Source: a bacterium (lineage in GTDB: Bacteria; JADJOY01). From it: a DNA stretch of 64,000 bases. Each line of letters opens with the position of its first letter. Positions within the stretch are counted from its first letter, which is position 1. Under the pieces are notes generated by a model that did no database searches, had not been told where the DNA came from, and saw only the letters and a list, made by a program, of their open reading frames with translations. The position numbers were made by a program, and so were the translations under genes. Shown here piece by piece: positions 10,310 through 20,332 of the stretch. Location: contig JAXLQJ010000045.1 of the NCBI GenBank assembly GCA_046331705.1, positions 1 to 64,000 on the forward strand. Direction: 5' to 3'.

Positions 10310-10990
10310 TCAAGACCGGCACCGGCGTGACGCCCGCCGCCTCGTCGTCGAGGACCGCGCGTCTGCATGCCGGCGCAGGCCAGCCAATCGAAGGTGATCG
10401 CCGAGGACGTCGCCGTGGATCACCGAGAGGCGCTGTTGACACTCGCTCGGTGCCAGCGGACCGAGCTTGCGTAGCTTCGGCGAGCAGCACGTCTTCCTCG
10501 TAGCGTTCCTCGAGCAGGCCGCGCCAGGCATCGCGTAAGCAGGGCCGTGAGCGCCTCGAACTCCACGGGAGGATGCAATGATAGGCGGCGAAGAGCGCCA
10601 GGTGGCCTTGCGAGGACTCCCAGCTCAGCCAATCGTGAGGCGCGGCTTCCCAGCGCACCCGCGCACCCGGCACGTTCACGAGTGGCACGAACGCCTCGCC
10701 CTTCGACAACCCGCGCTTCCTCATGGCTCAGAACGCCGAGGCTCCGCACGATCGCCGAGCGGACGGCGCGGGGCGGCGAGTGCCTCGGCCAGCTCGGCGG
10801 GCGTGCCGTCGTCGATCGCGAGCACGCCGGGACGCCGCGCGATCTCGCGGAGCAGCCGCGTCTTGCCGATCCCCGGCGACCACCCATTCTACCCGCCCGA
10901 CCCGCGCGCTCAACCCAGGCTCCTCGCCGCACTCGCCCGGTCACGCACGCTGGAGTCGAGCCCCGAGCGGTGCGGTGCGGTCATCTTCCA
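10310..10990 (-). pseudogene. Fragmented gene with a P-loop NTPase-like N-terminus
   Basis: Minus strand near 10859-10885 reads SPGIGKTRLLREIARRPGVLAIDDG (Walker A-like plus hhhDD). Further protein-like pieces lie in shifting frames (RGLLEERYEEDVLLA; KLGPLAPSECQQRLSVIHGDVLGDH). Boundaries are approximate. Confidence 0.4.
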
Positions 10991-11009
10991 TCGAGCTTCC
11001 GGTAGTCGA

Positions 11010-12197
11010 TCAGGCGGTGCGCAACGCGTCGACGATGCCGAGCCGGACGCGCGCACCGCGAGAAGAACCCGCCGACGATCCCCGCTCACCAGCGCGAAGC
11101 CGAGGGCACGCCCACGGTAGCGGCGGAAGTGGAAGGTGAAGACGCTTCCGAGAACGTGTTGAAGTTGGTGGTCGAGAGCGTGAGCACCGAGAGCAGCGAT
11201 GCCAGCGCGAGCCCGGCGACACCACCGCCCACCAGCCCCGAGATCGCCTCGATCAGGAACGCGAGCAGCACGTGGCGTCGGCGGAAACCGATGGCCCGCA
11301 TCGTGCCGATCTCGACGGTACGATTCGCGACGGCGGCATACATCGTGACCATCGCGCCGACGATGGCGCCGGGCACCACGAAGATCACCGAGATCACCGA
11401 GCCCGAGCGCACTCGAGGAAGAGCAGGGTCTGCTTGGTCTGGTTCGCGTAGTACTGGCTTTCCGCGAAGACCTCGACGGTGAGCCGTGGGTCGCCCTCCA
11501 GGCGATGCCTTGGGCGGTGCCAGGTCCTCCGGCCAGTTCAGGTGGGATCATCGACGAGAAGGCCTCGCGACGACCAGGCCTGCAACAGCTGCTGCAGTCG
11601 CCCCAGATCTCCAGTCGAAGCCAGAACCGCCCGCCTCGAAGAGACCCACCGCAGCCCCCTCCCGCTCGCGGCCGCCCACCTTGCGCATCTGCTGCGCCGA
11701 GGCCGGCCCGTTGGGAACTTCTTGGCGACGCTGCGCGCCGCGATCACCTCGTCCAGCCCGGGCTGGAACATGCGTCCCTCGACCAGCTTCACCTGATCGC
11801 CCCGGATGGTCATCGACTTGGGGGAGACGCCCCGGATGGTGACGTTCACCCCGTCGGCCGAGCCAGTGGTGCCGCGCTTCTTGAGCACGACCAGCACCAC
11901 CGACTCACCCGTGGCGAGCGGCTGGCCATCGGAATCGGTCGCGATCTCGGGCTGCGACGCGATGATCGAGGCCGAGTCGCGCATGATGACGCTCTGCACC
12001 TCGGTCTGCGATCCGCGCCGGATGGCGACGGCGTTGAGCGGCGAGCCGGTGTCCACCATCGTCTTCGCCAGCCCGTCGCTCAACATCCGCGCGCCGGCGA
12101 ACACGAACACCACCAGCGCCAGGCCGATGGCGGTGAGCAGCGTCGTGGTGCGACGCGCCAGTGCACTGCGAACCGAGTAGCTGAGCGGCAGAGCCAT
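11010..12197 (-). pseudogene. FtsX/MacB-like ABC permease with multiple frameshifts in its 3' part
   Basis: Clean N-terminus MALPLSYSVRSALARRTTT...VEGRMFQPGLDEVI. Later fragments in different frames: GLFEAGGSGF, GDPRLTVEV, GAMVTMYAAVANRTVEIGTMRAIGF, LGIVDALRTA*. Confidence 0.85.
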
Positions 12198-12218
12198 GGA
12201 GCGCGCCTCTGTGCGGGA

Positions 12219-13376
12219 TCACGCGATGCGACGCAGGCCGTCGACGATCGAGACCGTGGCGGCGCCACGCGCGGGAACGATGGCCGCGGCCACGCCCACC
12301 ACCACCGAGATCACGATCCCCTGGACGAACGTCAGCGGATCGATGGGCAGCTTCGGGAAGTAATCGACCATCTGCGTCTCGAGCGCGGCCACGAGCGGCA
12401 GCAGCGCCACCAGGCCGATGGCGCCGCCGATCAGCGCCAGGAACATCGACTCGCCGCCGATCACGCCCGCCAGGTGCCAGCCGCGAAAGCCGAGGGTCTT
12501 GAGCACCGCGTATTCCTTCACCCGCTCGCGCGCCGCCATGGCCATGGTGTTGGCCAGCACCAGGAGCACCACGCCGATGATCAGGATCGACGCGATCCGG
12601 ATGCCGGCGATGATGGTGCTGGACATGGCCACGAAGCCGAGCTGGAACGCCTTTTCGGTCTCGGTGAGGGTCTCGGCGAGCGAGTTCTCGAACGTCGAGT
12701 CGACGGCTTGAATGATCGCCGCGCCCTGCTCGGGGTTCGCGATCTGCACCACGAAGAAACCCGTTCGGTTCGACGTCCCGGGATAGAGCTGCTCGACGCG
12801 CTCGTTCAGGTAGTCCCAGTGGAAGAAGAACTGGGTCTCGTCGGTGCTCGCGTCCTTGCCGCTGTAGATCCCGCGGATGACCAGCTCGTAGTCGCCTGGG
12901 AAGATGGTGCCCTTGAGCGTGACCGTCTGACCCAGCTTCCAATCGAAGCGCTGGGCCAGCTTGCGTCCCACGATGCACGCGTTGCGCTCGGCGAGCGCCT
13001 CCTTGAACTGCTCGGGCGGCACCACGTACTCCTTGTACATCTCGAACCACGGCTCCATGTCGACGGCGAATTGCGGGAAGAAGTTCCGCTCGTCCTTGTA
13101 GATGCCGCCGAACCAGTTGGCCTGGGCCGCCTTCACCACACCCGGCACCTGCTGGATCTTGCTCAGGTAGGCGAGCGGCATCGAGAACACCAGCGACACC
13201 TTGTTCCGCACCACCAGCCGGTCTGGCTTCGCGGCATCGGCGCCCGCGTACCAGGCGGTGACGAGCGTGCGGATCACGCCGAACGCGAGCACGGCGAACG
13301 CGATGCCGAGCACCGTGAGAAAGCTGCGCAGCTTGTGGCGCAGCGCGTTCAGGAAGATGAGCTCGAAGAGTCGCAT
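12219..13376 (-). CDS. FtsX/MacB-like ABC transporter permease
   Basis: NALRHKLRSFLT, a periplasmic core, ANTMAMAARERVKEYAVLKTLGF; 4-TM layout. Confidence 0.92.
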   Translation of the reverse strand: MRLFELIFLNALRHKLRSFLTVLGIAFAVLAFGVIRTLVTAWYAGADAAKPDRLVVRNKVSLVFSMPLAYLSKIQQVPGVVKAAQANWFGGIYKDERNFFPQFAVDMEPWFEMYKEYVVPPEQFKEALAERNACIVGRKLAQRFDWKLGQTVTLKGTIFPGDYELVIRGIYSGKDASTDETQFFFHWDYLNERVEQLYPGTSNRTGFFVVQIANPEQGAAIIQAVDSTFENSLAETLTETEKAFQLGFVAMSSTIIAGIRIASILIIGVVLLVLANTMAMAARERVKEYAVLKTLGFRGWHLAGVIGGESMFLALIGGAIGLVALLPLVAALETQMVDYFPKLPIDPLTFVQGIVISVVVGVAAAIVPARGAATVSIVDGLRRIA

Positions 13377-13433
13377 CGGTCAGCCGTGAGACGAGCGCGG
13401 CGCGCTCGCTTCGGGACGGGGGGATGTCCTCTC

Positions 13434-13500
13434 GGCGGGCCTTTCGAGCCCCCCGCTGCGCGCAAGGCGTGACGCCCGCCGGGCTCCGCCCCCGAGCCGG
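13434..13500. repeat. Dispersed REP-like element related to the 59942-60330 repeat
   Basis: GGCCTTTCGAGCCCCCCGC...GCAAGGC...GGGCTCCGCCCCCGAG resembles GGCTTTTCAAGCCCCCCGC...GCAAGGC...GGGCCCACCCCCAAG. It lies in a 210-bp gap inside an operon. Confidence 0.5.
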
Positions 13501-13586
13501 TGCGCACCGCTCACCGGCGCGCCTCTGGCGTGTGCCACTGCGGCCATCTGCATACGGCGGGATTTCTCGCTGAGCATGTTTCGGAG

Positions 13587-14279
<693 letters not shown>

Positions 14280-14322
14280 GGTTGGTTCCCGTGGGTTCCC
14301 GACTGCTGCGCGCGCCCTGCCG

Positions 14323-15573
14323 TCACGAGGCCGCGCCCCGGATCGTGGCGCCATCCGCGAGGTCGGCTGGCGGATCGACCACCACCACCTCACCGGCGAC
14401 GAGACCGGAGGAGATCACCTGCTGCGAGCCACGCACCGGCCCCAGCGTAACGCTCTGGCGCCGCACTTCGTCGTGCTCGACCTTCCACACGCTGCTCGCG
14501 TCGCCGCGGCTCACGACCGCGCCCCGCGGCACCACCAGCTCCGGCTGGGCGGCGGGCGCCTGGCTGCGCGCCAGGAAGGTCACCTTGGCGGACATCTCCG
14601 GCAGCACGCGCGCGTCGGGCGCATCGAAGACCACCTTGGTCATCACCGTGGCCTTGGCGCGGTCGGCCGTCGGCACGATCTTCTTCACCCGCCCTGGATA
14701 CTTCGTTTCGGGGTACGCATCCAGCACGATCTCGACGGGCGTGTCCGGCCGGACCCGCTGGATGTAGGCCTCGGAGACGTCGGCCTCGACCTCGATCGAG
14801 GCCATGTCCGCGATGCTCACCACCGCGCCTCGCGAGCCGGGCGCCGAGGCCATCGGCGCCACCATCTCGCCCAGGTCGGCGCTCTTGGTCAGCACGGTCC
14901 CATCGAAGGGAGCACGGATCCGCGTGCTCTCGACAGCGACCTCCGCGGCCCGCACCGCCGCCTCCGCGGCCACCACCTGCGCGTCGGCGACGTTCACGTT
15001 CGCCTCGGCGACCTGACGCGCCGCGACCGCCTGATCGAGGTCTGCGCTCGAGAGCAGCTGCTGGGCGTTGAGGCTCTTGGCGCGCTCGTACGCGAGCTTC
15101 GCCTCGACTCGCTTGGCTTCGGCCTCCGCCTGCGACGCGCGCGCGGCGGCGGTGACGGCGGCGGCGTGCGCGAGCTCCGCCTCCACGTCGTTGCTCTCGA
15201 CCCGCGCGATCAGCTGCCCTTCCGTGACGTGATCGCCTTCCTCGACTCCCAGGTAGACGAGTCGTCCGGTCGCCTTCGAGGCAACGGCCGCCTTGCGCTG
15301 CGCCACCACGTAGCCGGAGGCGGTGAGCACGGCTTCGGTCTCGGAAGGCGCCCGCAGCACCACCAGCGCGGTCTTGACCTGCGGCGCCGGCGCCATGCGA
15401 CGCGTGACGCGGATGGTCGCGTAGGCCGCCACCACCAGCAACGCCACCATCGCGACCACCGCCAGCGTCGCGCGGCGACCACTGCGCGGCGGGCTCGCCG
15501 TCGTCCCCACGACGGGCTTGCGCTCGATGCGCAGCGCCGAGAGATCGGGCTTGCGTGCGGTGGGTTCGGACAT
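14323..15573 (-). CDS. Periplasmic adaptor (membrane fusion) subunit, MacA-like
   Basis: N-terminal TM, ASGYVVAQRKAAVASK..GRL, coiled coil, IRAPFDG, LPEMSAKVTF. Confidence 0.92.
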   Translation of the reverse strand: MSEPTARKPDLSALRIERKPVVGTTASPPRSGRRATLAVVAMVALLVVAAYATIRVTRRMAPAPQVKTALVVLRAPSETEAVLTASGYVVAQRKAAVASKATGRLVYLGVEEGDHVTEGQLIARVESNDVEAELAHAAAVTAAARASQAEAEAKRVEAKLAYERAKSLNAQQLLSSADLDQAVAARQVAEANVNVADAQVVAAEAAVRAAEVAVESTRIRAPFDGTVLTKSADLGEMVAPMASAPGSRGAVVSIADMASIEVEADVSEAYIQRVRPDTPVEIVLDAYPETKYPGRVKKIVPTADRAKATVMTKVVFDAPDARVLPEMSAKVTFLARSQAPAAQPELVVPRGAVVSRGDASSVWKVEHDEVRRQSVTLGPVRGSQQVISSGLVAGEVVVVDPPADLADGATIRGAAS

Positions 15574-15655
15574 GGCGCGAACGGTCGGGGGTGGGCAGCG
15601 GGAGGACGCACGTCGCACCGACCGAGCGCTCGGCGCCCGGTCGTCGCTCGCGCGA

Positions 15656-16468
15656 TCAGGAAATCGAGCGGTTTCCGCGCGCCATGCGCAGCGTGTACGA
15701 CTCGCCGGTGGTCGTGTCCGTGCCGGTGCCGGTGAGGACGCACTGCTCCGGAACCAACGTCAGGGCCAGCGTCTCGGTTCCCACCTGCACCACGTAGCTG
15801 CCGCGTCCGTCCGCGCAGCGACCCGTGAAGTCGTTCTGCACCGTCTCGCCGTTGCGCTCGAAGATCCACACGCCGCGGATCTGATCGCACGACGAATCGT
15901 CGATCTGGACGAACTCGCGGCCCGTGGCGCCGCCGACGAACTCGTGACTTCCCACCCACACGCCGTCGAGCTCCATGTTCACGTCGTTGGGGCAGGCGGG
16001 CGGATCGGACTGCTTGGTGAGCGTGAGGTTCAGCACCGACGCGTCCGCGGTGGTGGTGCCCGCGCCGCGAAACGAGCAGCCATCGGTGGAGTCGAGGCTG
16101 ACCACCTCGCTGGGCGGCAACCCCAGCGAGAGACCGCAGGAACGCAGATCCTGCTTCTTGCCCGCGCACGATCCGTCGACGAAGAGCGTGGTGGCGGTGT
16201 CGCCGCGCACGTAGGTCCAGAAGCCCTTCACGTCGGTGCCGCCGGCCTTCTCGAGGAAGGTCGTGCTCTCGGTTCCTCGCACGACGTTTCCGCCCGGATC
16301 CGTGAGCGTGTGCTCGCCGCTCCAGGTTCCACTCAGGTCGGAGAGGTCGTAGATGCAAGGATTGCTGCTGCCGCCGCCGCAGCTGCCCGCCGCGAGCGCT
16401 CCACCGGCGACGACGGCCGCCAGCCAGAGCCAAGGCGACCGGTCGGCGCGCTGGATCGGTGACGTCAT
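15656..16468 (-). CDS. Putative lipoprotein with two tandem beta-rich repeats
   Basis: Hydrophobic leader ending LAAGSC; repeats DLSGTWSGEH...KGFW and ELDGVWVGSH...RGVW; GGAGG RBS before ATG 16468. Confidence 0.7.
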   Translation of the reverse strand: MTSPIQRADRSPWLWLAAVVAGGALAAGSCGGGSSNPCIYDLSDLSGTWSGEHTLTDPGGNVVRGTESTTFLEKAGGTDVKGFWTYVRGDTATTLFVDGSCAGKKQDLRSCGLSLGLPPSEVVSLDSTDGCSFRGAGTTTADASVLNLTLTKQSDPPACPNDVNMELDGVWVGSHEFVGGATGREFVQIDDSSCDQIRGVWIFERNGETVQNDFTGRCADGRGSYVVQVGTETLALTLVPEQCVLTGTGTDTTTGESYTLRMARGNRSIS

Positions 16469-16651
16469 CGAAGCCTCCGGGATCGCGTTCATCGGGGCAC
16501 GCCGGCGCGCGCCTCGGGTGGCGCGGGATCGAACGTGCGCGTCGTTGCGGGGAAAACGGGCGCGATGACGGAAAACACGAGGCCGGCGCCCACCGCGCTC
16601 GAACGCCGCCGCACTATAGCCATCGCCTTCCCGAGCATCCAAGGCGGTGCG

Positions 16652-17059
16652 TCAGCGCGACACCGCGCGCGCGGCGAGCTTCGCCCCCAACGCGAAGATC
16701 GCCGAGTAACCGAGAAGCAGGATCGCGCCGAGCACCAGGAGCGACCCGATCGGCAGGAAGAGGATCTGGAAGAGAAGTTGTCCGAGCCAGGCGCCCAGGT
16801 AATGGGCCCACCACGGGCGCGGCGCCAGCACGCCGGCTGCCGCGCCGGCGACGACCAGCGCGAGCACGTAGTACGGGCCGTCCGCGTCCCACGGCTCGCG
16901 ATGCCCCGCCAGCAGCGGCGAGAGCGCCCAGATCAGCGCCGCCGACACCGTCGAGACCGCCAGCGTCCACGCCCACGTGCTCCGCCAGCGTGCCTGCTCA
17001 CGGACGCTCGCGAAGGCGACGGGCGGGTACGGTCGCGGGCTGGCGTTCGGCGCAGTCAT
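16652..17059 (-). CDS. Small 4-TM membrane protein
   Basis: Four hydrophobic segments, a GHREPWDADGPYY loop and a GAGGA RBS. Confidence 0.7.
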   Translation of the reverse strand: MTAPNASPRPYPPVAFASVREQARWRSTWAWTLAVSTVSAALIWALSPLLAGHREPWDADGPYYVLALVVAGAAAGVLAPRPWWAHYLGAWLGQLLFQILFLPIGSLLVLGAILLLGYSAIFALGAKLAARAVSR

Positions 17060-17168
17060 GGACGATTCCTCCCGTCGAACAGGCTGCCAGAAAGCGCGCG
17101 CCGTCGCGAGCGAAACCGCGGGCGCGCGCGACGACGCTGCGTGACAACCTTCCGCCCGAGTGTCAGAC

Positions 17169-17184
17169 TGGCACGGCTCCTGCT
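17169..17184 (+). promoter_or_regulatory. Sigma54 (-24/-12) promoter
   Basis: TGGCACGGCTCCTGCT fits TGGCACG-N4-TTGCW with GG-N10-GC spacing, 27 bp upstream of ATG 17212. Confidence 0.7.
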
Positions 17185-17211
17185 TTTCCCCCGCAGTCAT
17201 CGAGAGATTTC

Positions 17212-18105
17212 ATGAAGCGCTCGTGGATCGCGGCCGGGATCGTGGCATGCGCGCTGGCAACCGCCGGTGCGTGCGAGTACCAGGTTCATCAGCGCAACGC
17301 CCGTTACGACTCGGTGGTGCGCTTGCTGGAAGCCGATCCCAGCGTCCAGGACGAGGCAAAGCGCGGTCTCGCCGCGATGGGAAACGAGGCGCTCGAGCCG
17401 TTGTTCGAGGCGCTCGACGAGGGCGAGCCCGGCGTGCGGCGCAGCGCGGCGTTCGCGCTGGGCCAGATGGTGTCCGAGGCCGGGGTGGTGGTTCCGGTGC
17501 TGGTGCGGCACCTCGGCGACTCCGACAAGGAGATCCGCATCGCCGCGGCCTGGGGCCTCGGCTCGATGGGGACCAAGGCGGAACCGGCGATCGACCCGCT
17601 CGACGCGATGCTCGGCGACGTCGAGGCCGGCCCGCGCATGGCGGCCGCGCGGACGCTCGGCAAGATCGGACCGGCGGCGGCGCGAACGGCGCCCCGGCTG
17701 ATCGCCGATCTGGGCGACTCGGAGCGCATGGTGCGCCAGTGGGCCGCGTGGTCGCTGGGACGCATCGAGGCGCCGCCGGAAACCGTCGTGCCGGCGCTCG
17801 CGCGAGCGATGGAGGATCCGATCGCGGGCGTGCGGCGCTCGGCGGCGCTCTCGCTCGGCTTGTACGAGGACGACGCGAAGGGCGCCGTGCCCGCGCTCAT
17901 CAAGGCGCTCGACGATCCGCACGAGCAAGTGCGCACGTTCTCGGTGTGGGCGCTCGGCTCGATCGGCCCGGACGCCAAGGCCGCGTTGCCCCGGCTCGAG
18001 GCCATGAGATCGGATGCCACCGGCATGCTCGAGAGCATGCTGGCCAATGCCATCGTCGCCATCACGACCGGCGATCGCGGCGGTCAGGCGAAGCCCGAGG
18101 GCTGA
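17212..18105 (+). CDS. HEAT-repeat protein, probable lipoprotein
   Basis: Leader MKRSWIAAGIVACALATAGAC; about 7 repeats of L.D....VR..AA..LG. Confidence 0.88.
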   Translation: MKRSWIAAGIVACALATAGACEYQVHQRNARYDSVVRLLEADPSVQDEAKRGLAAMGNEALEPLFEALDEGEPGVRRSAAFALGQMVSEAGVVVPVLVRHLGDSDKEIRIAAAWGLGSMGTKAEPAIDPLDAMLGDVEAGPRMAAARTLGKIGPAAARTAPRLIADLGDSERMVRQWAAWSLGRIEAPPETVVPALARAMEDPIAGVRRSAALSLGLYEDDAKGAVPALIKALDDPHEQVRTFSVWALGSIGPDAKAALPRLEAMRSDATGMLESMLANAIVAITTGDRGGQAKPEG

Positions 18106-18166
18106 ACCGCAGCACGCCCCGATCCCACTGACCCGGCCACGCGCCGGTCGAAAGGCGCAACACCTC

Positions 18167-18904
18167 GTGTCCGCTCTCCGCTACCTCCCGCCCAACGCCG
18201 TCACCCTCGCCAGCCTGACGTGCGGGCTGATCGCGATCCTCTACGGTGTCGAGGGTCAGCCGCAGCTGGCCGGCTGGTTCATCCTCTACTCGGTGTTGCT
18301 GGACGGCCTCGACGGACCGCTCGCGCGCGTCCTCAAGGCGCAGAGCCGGATCGGCGGCGAGCTCGACTCGTTCGCCGACTTCGTGTCGTTCGGCCTCGCC
18401 CCCGCGTTCTTGCTCGCGGGGGTCGGCGAGCCGACCGGCCCGCTGAGCGGCCCACGGCTGCTCCATCTGCTCGGTCTCATCTACGTGTTCGGCTGTGTGC
18501 TGCGGCTGGCGCGCTACAACGTGGTCGACGGGAAGGCCTATCCCGGCCTCTTCCGCGGCATCCCCTCGACCTTCGCCGGCGGCGTGGTGGCGGCGTCGGT
18601 GCTGGTCGCGGTGCGGCATTCGATCGATCTCGAGACCCGCGCGATGGGGCTCGCGTTCCTGCTGGGAGCGCTCGGCATCCTGATGGTGAGCCCGATCTAC
18701 ATCCCACGCGTGGGCTCGGCGCGCACCGTGCTCTGGAAGCGGCTCACGGTGGTCAACCTCGCCATCGTGTGGATCCTGGTGATGAGCCGAGCGCTGCCCG
18801 AGTATCTGCTCGCGTGCGGCATCGCCTATTTCATCGGCGGCAGCGTCGTGGGAGCCAGGCGCGTGGCCGAGCTCCGACGCGCGACGGACTCGGCCGCCGC
18901 GTAA
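18167..18904 (+). CDS. pssA: CDP-alcohol phosphatidyltransferase (phosphatidylserine synthase-like)
   Basis: PNAVT; the family motif DGLDGPLAR...GGELDSFAD; LRLARYNV; FRGIPS. Confidence 0.85.
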   Translation: MSALRYLPPNAVTLASLTCGLIAILYGVEGQPQLAGWFILYSVLLDGLDGPLARVLKAQSRIGGELDSFADFVSFGLAPAFLLAGVGEPTGPLSGPRLLHLLGLIYVFGCVLRLARYNVVDGKAYPGLFRGIPSTFAGGVVAASVLVAVRHSIDLETRAMGLAFLLGALGILMVSPIYIPRVGSARTVLWKRLTVVNLAIVWILVMSRALPEYLLACGIAYFIGGSVVGARRVAELRRATDSAAA

Positions 18905-18940
18905 CGCAGCGATTCGGCGCCCCGCCCACGGCCGAGCGGG

Positions 18941-20206
18941 TCAGCCCGACGGCGCGCGGCTGGGTCCGGGTGTGGGCGCGTCCGGCTCGGACGCGGCGCG
19001 CGAACGACGCGGCGGCGGCGAGAAGGTCGCGTCGCGCAACGGCAGGGCCACGCGCGACGGCTCCGCCGGGTGCGTCTCGGGCAACCCGGGAACGTGCTCG
19101 AGCTCGTGACGAGCGAAGAGCACCAGCGGGATGGCGAGGATCAGCCCGATCAGCCCGAGCAGCACCTCGCACACCACCAGCGCGGTGAGCGTCACCGCCA
19201 TCGGCAGCTTCACGATGTCGCCGATGATCTTCGAGTTGAGGAAGTATTCGAGCTTGTGCACGGCGATGAGCAGGCCGAGGCAGATGAGCGCGCCCCAGAG
19301 CCCGATGGCGGCGAACGCGACGCAGGTGAGCACGCCGTTCGAGATCAGGTTCCCCACGATCGGCAACAACCCGCACAGGAACACGGTGAGCAACAGCACC
19401 AGCGGCTGCGGCAACCCGAGCCCGAGCACCACGCACGCCGAGATCGCGGTGTTCACGCCGGCGATGATGAGCTGACCACCCATCACGCGCTTGAAGTAGT
19501 AGTAGAAGATCCGCACGCGCAGCATGCCGAACCGGTACAGGAATCCGAGCAGACTCTGCGGACGGCGCGCGAACACCGCGTCGACGGCTCCCAGGTCGTG
19601 ATAGAGGAGCAGGTTGAGCACCAGCGCGAACAGGAAATAGACGATGTAGCCCGAGACTCGCGAGACCACTCCCGTCACCGACGGGATGAGATCGCGCGCG
19701 AACTTGATGCCCTCGGTGATCTGTCCGATCACGTCCTCGGGCGTCACGTATTGGGCCAGGTTCCAGCGCGCGTCCGCCTGACGATAGAGGGCGATCGCCT
19801 GATCCTGGATCGAGCTGACGACCGACGGCAGCAAGCGCACGGCGTCGGGGATGACCTTGAAGACCAGCACGGCGGCGAGCGCCGTCACGCCGACGTAGAG
19901 CAGCGAGAACATCACCGCCTTGGGCACGAACGGCACCGACCGGCGCAGATCGTGCGTGAGCACGTCGGAGACGAGGAACAGGAACAAGAACGCGACCGCG
20001 AACGTGGTGAGCTTGGTGGCGAAGATCATCACCACCGGAATCGCCAGGAACGCGTAACCCACCAGGTAGGGATGGGCCTCCAGGAAGCCGTTGCGGCGCG
20101 TCTCCCACTCCGCCTCGGTCTTGGAGCGGAAGAGCAGCGTGGTCTGATCGAGACCACCGAGGGGATCGGCGGCCGGCGGCGGGGACGGGGTTCGCGGGCT
20201 CGGCAC
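18941..20206 (-). CDS. AI-2E family transporter
   Basis: GQLIIAGVNT, LCGLLPIVGNLI, LEYFLNSKIIG and GLILAIP motifs. Start is approximate. Confidence 0.85.
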   Translation of the reverse strand: MPSPRTPSPPPAADPLGGLDQTTLLFRSKTEAEWETRRNGFLEAHPYLVGYAFLAIPVVMIFATKLTTFAVAFLFLFLVSDVLTHDLRRSVPFVPKAVMFSLLYVGVTALAAVLVFKVIPDAVRLLPSVVSSIQDQAIALYRQADARWNLAQYVTPEDVIGQITEGIKFARDLIPSVTGVVSRVSGYIVYFLFALVLNLLLYHDLGAVDAVFARRPQSLLGFLYRFGMLRVRIFYYYFKRVMGGQLIIAGVNTAISACVVLGLGLPQPLVLLLTVFLCGLLPIVGNLISNGVLTCVAFAAIGLWGALICLGLLIAVHKLEYFLNSKIIGDIVKLPMAVTLTALVVCEVLLGLIGLILAIPLVLFARHELEHVPGLPETHPAEPSRVALPLRDATFSPPPRRSRAASEPDAPTPGPSRAPSG

Positions 20207-20332
20207 GGAGACGGCTGGAACGATACGGGGATGGCTTGGCTGCGAGGTCGCGATCGTCCAAACCAGGCCCGCGGCAGCGTACCATAGGGGCCTCGACACC
20301 GACCGAGATCCCGAACCCGCGCGAGGCATGCG

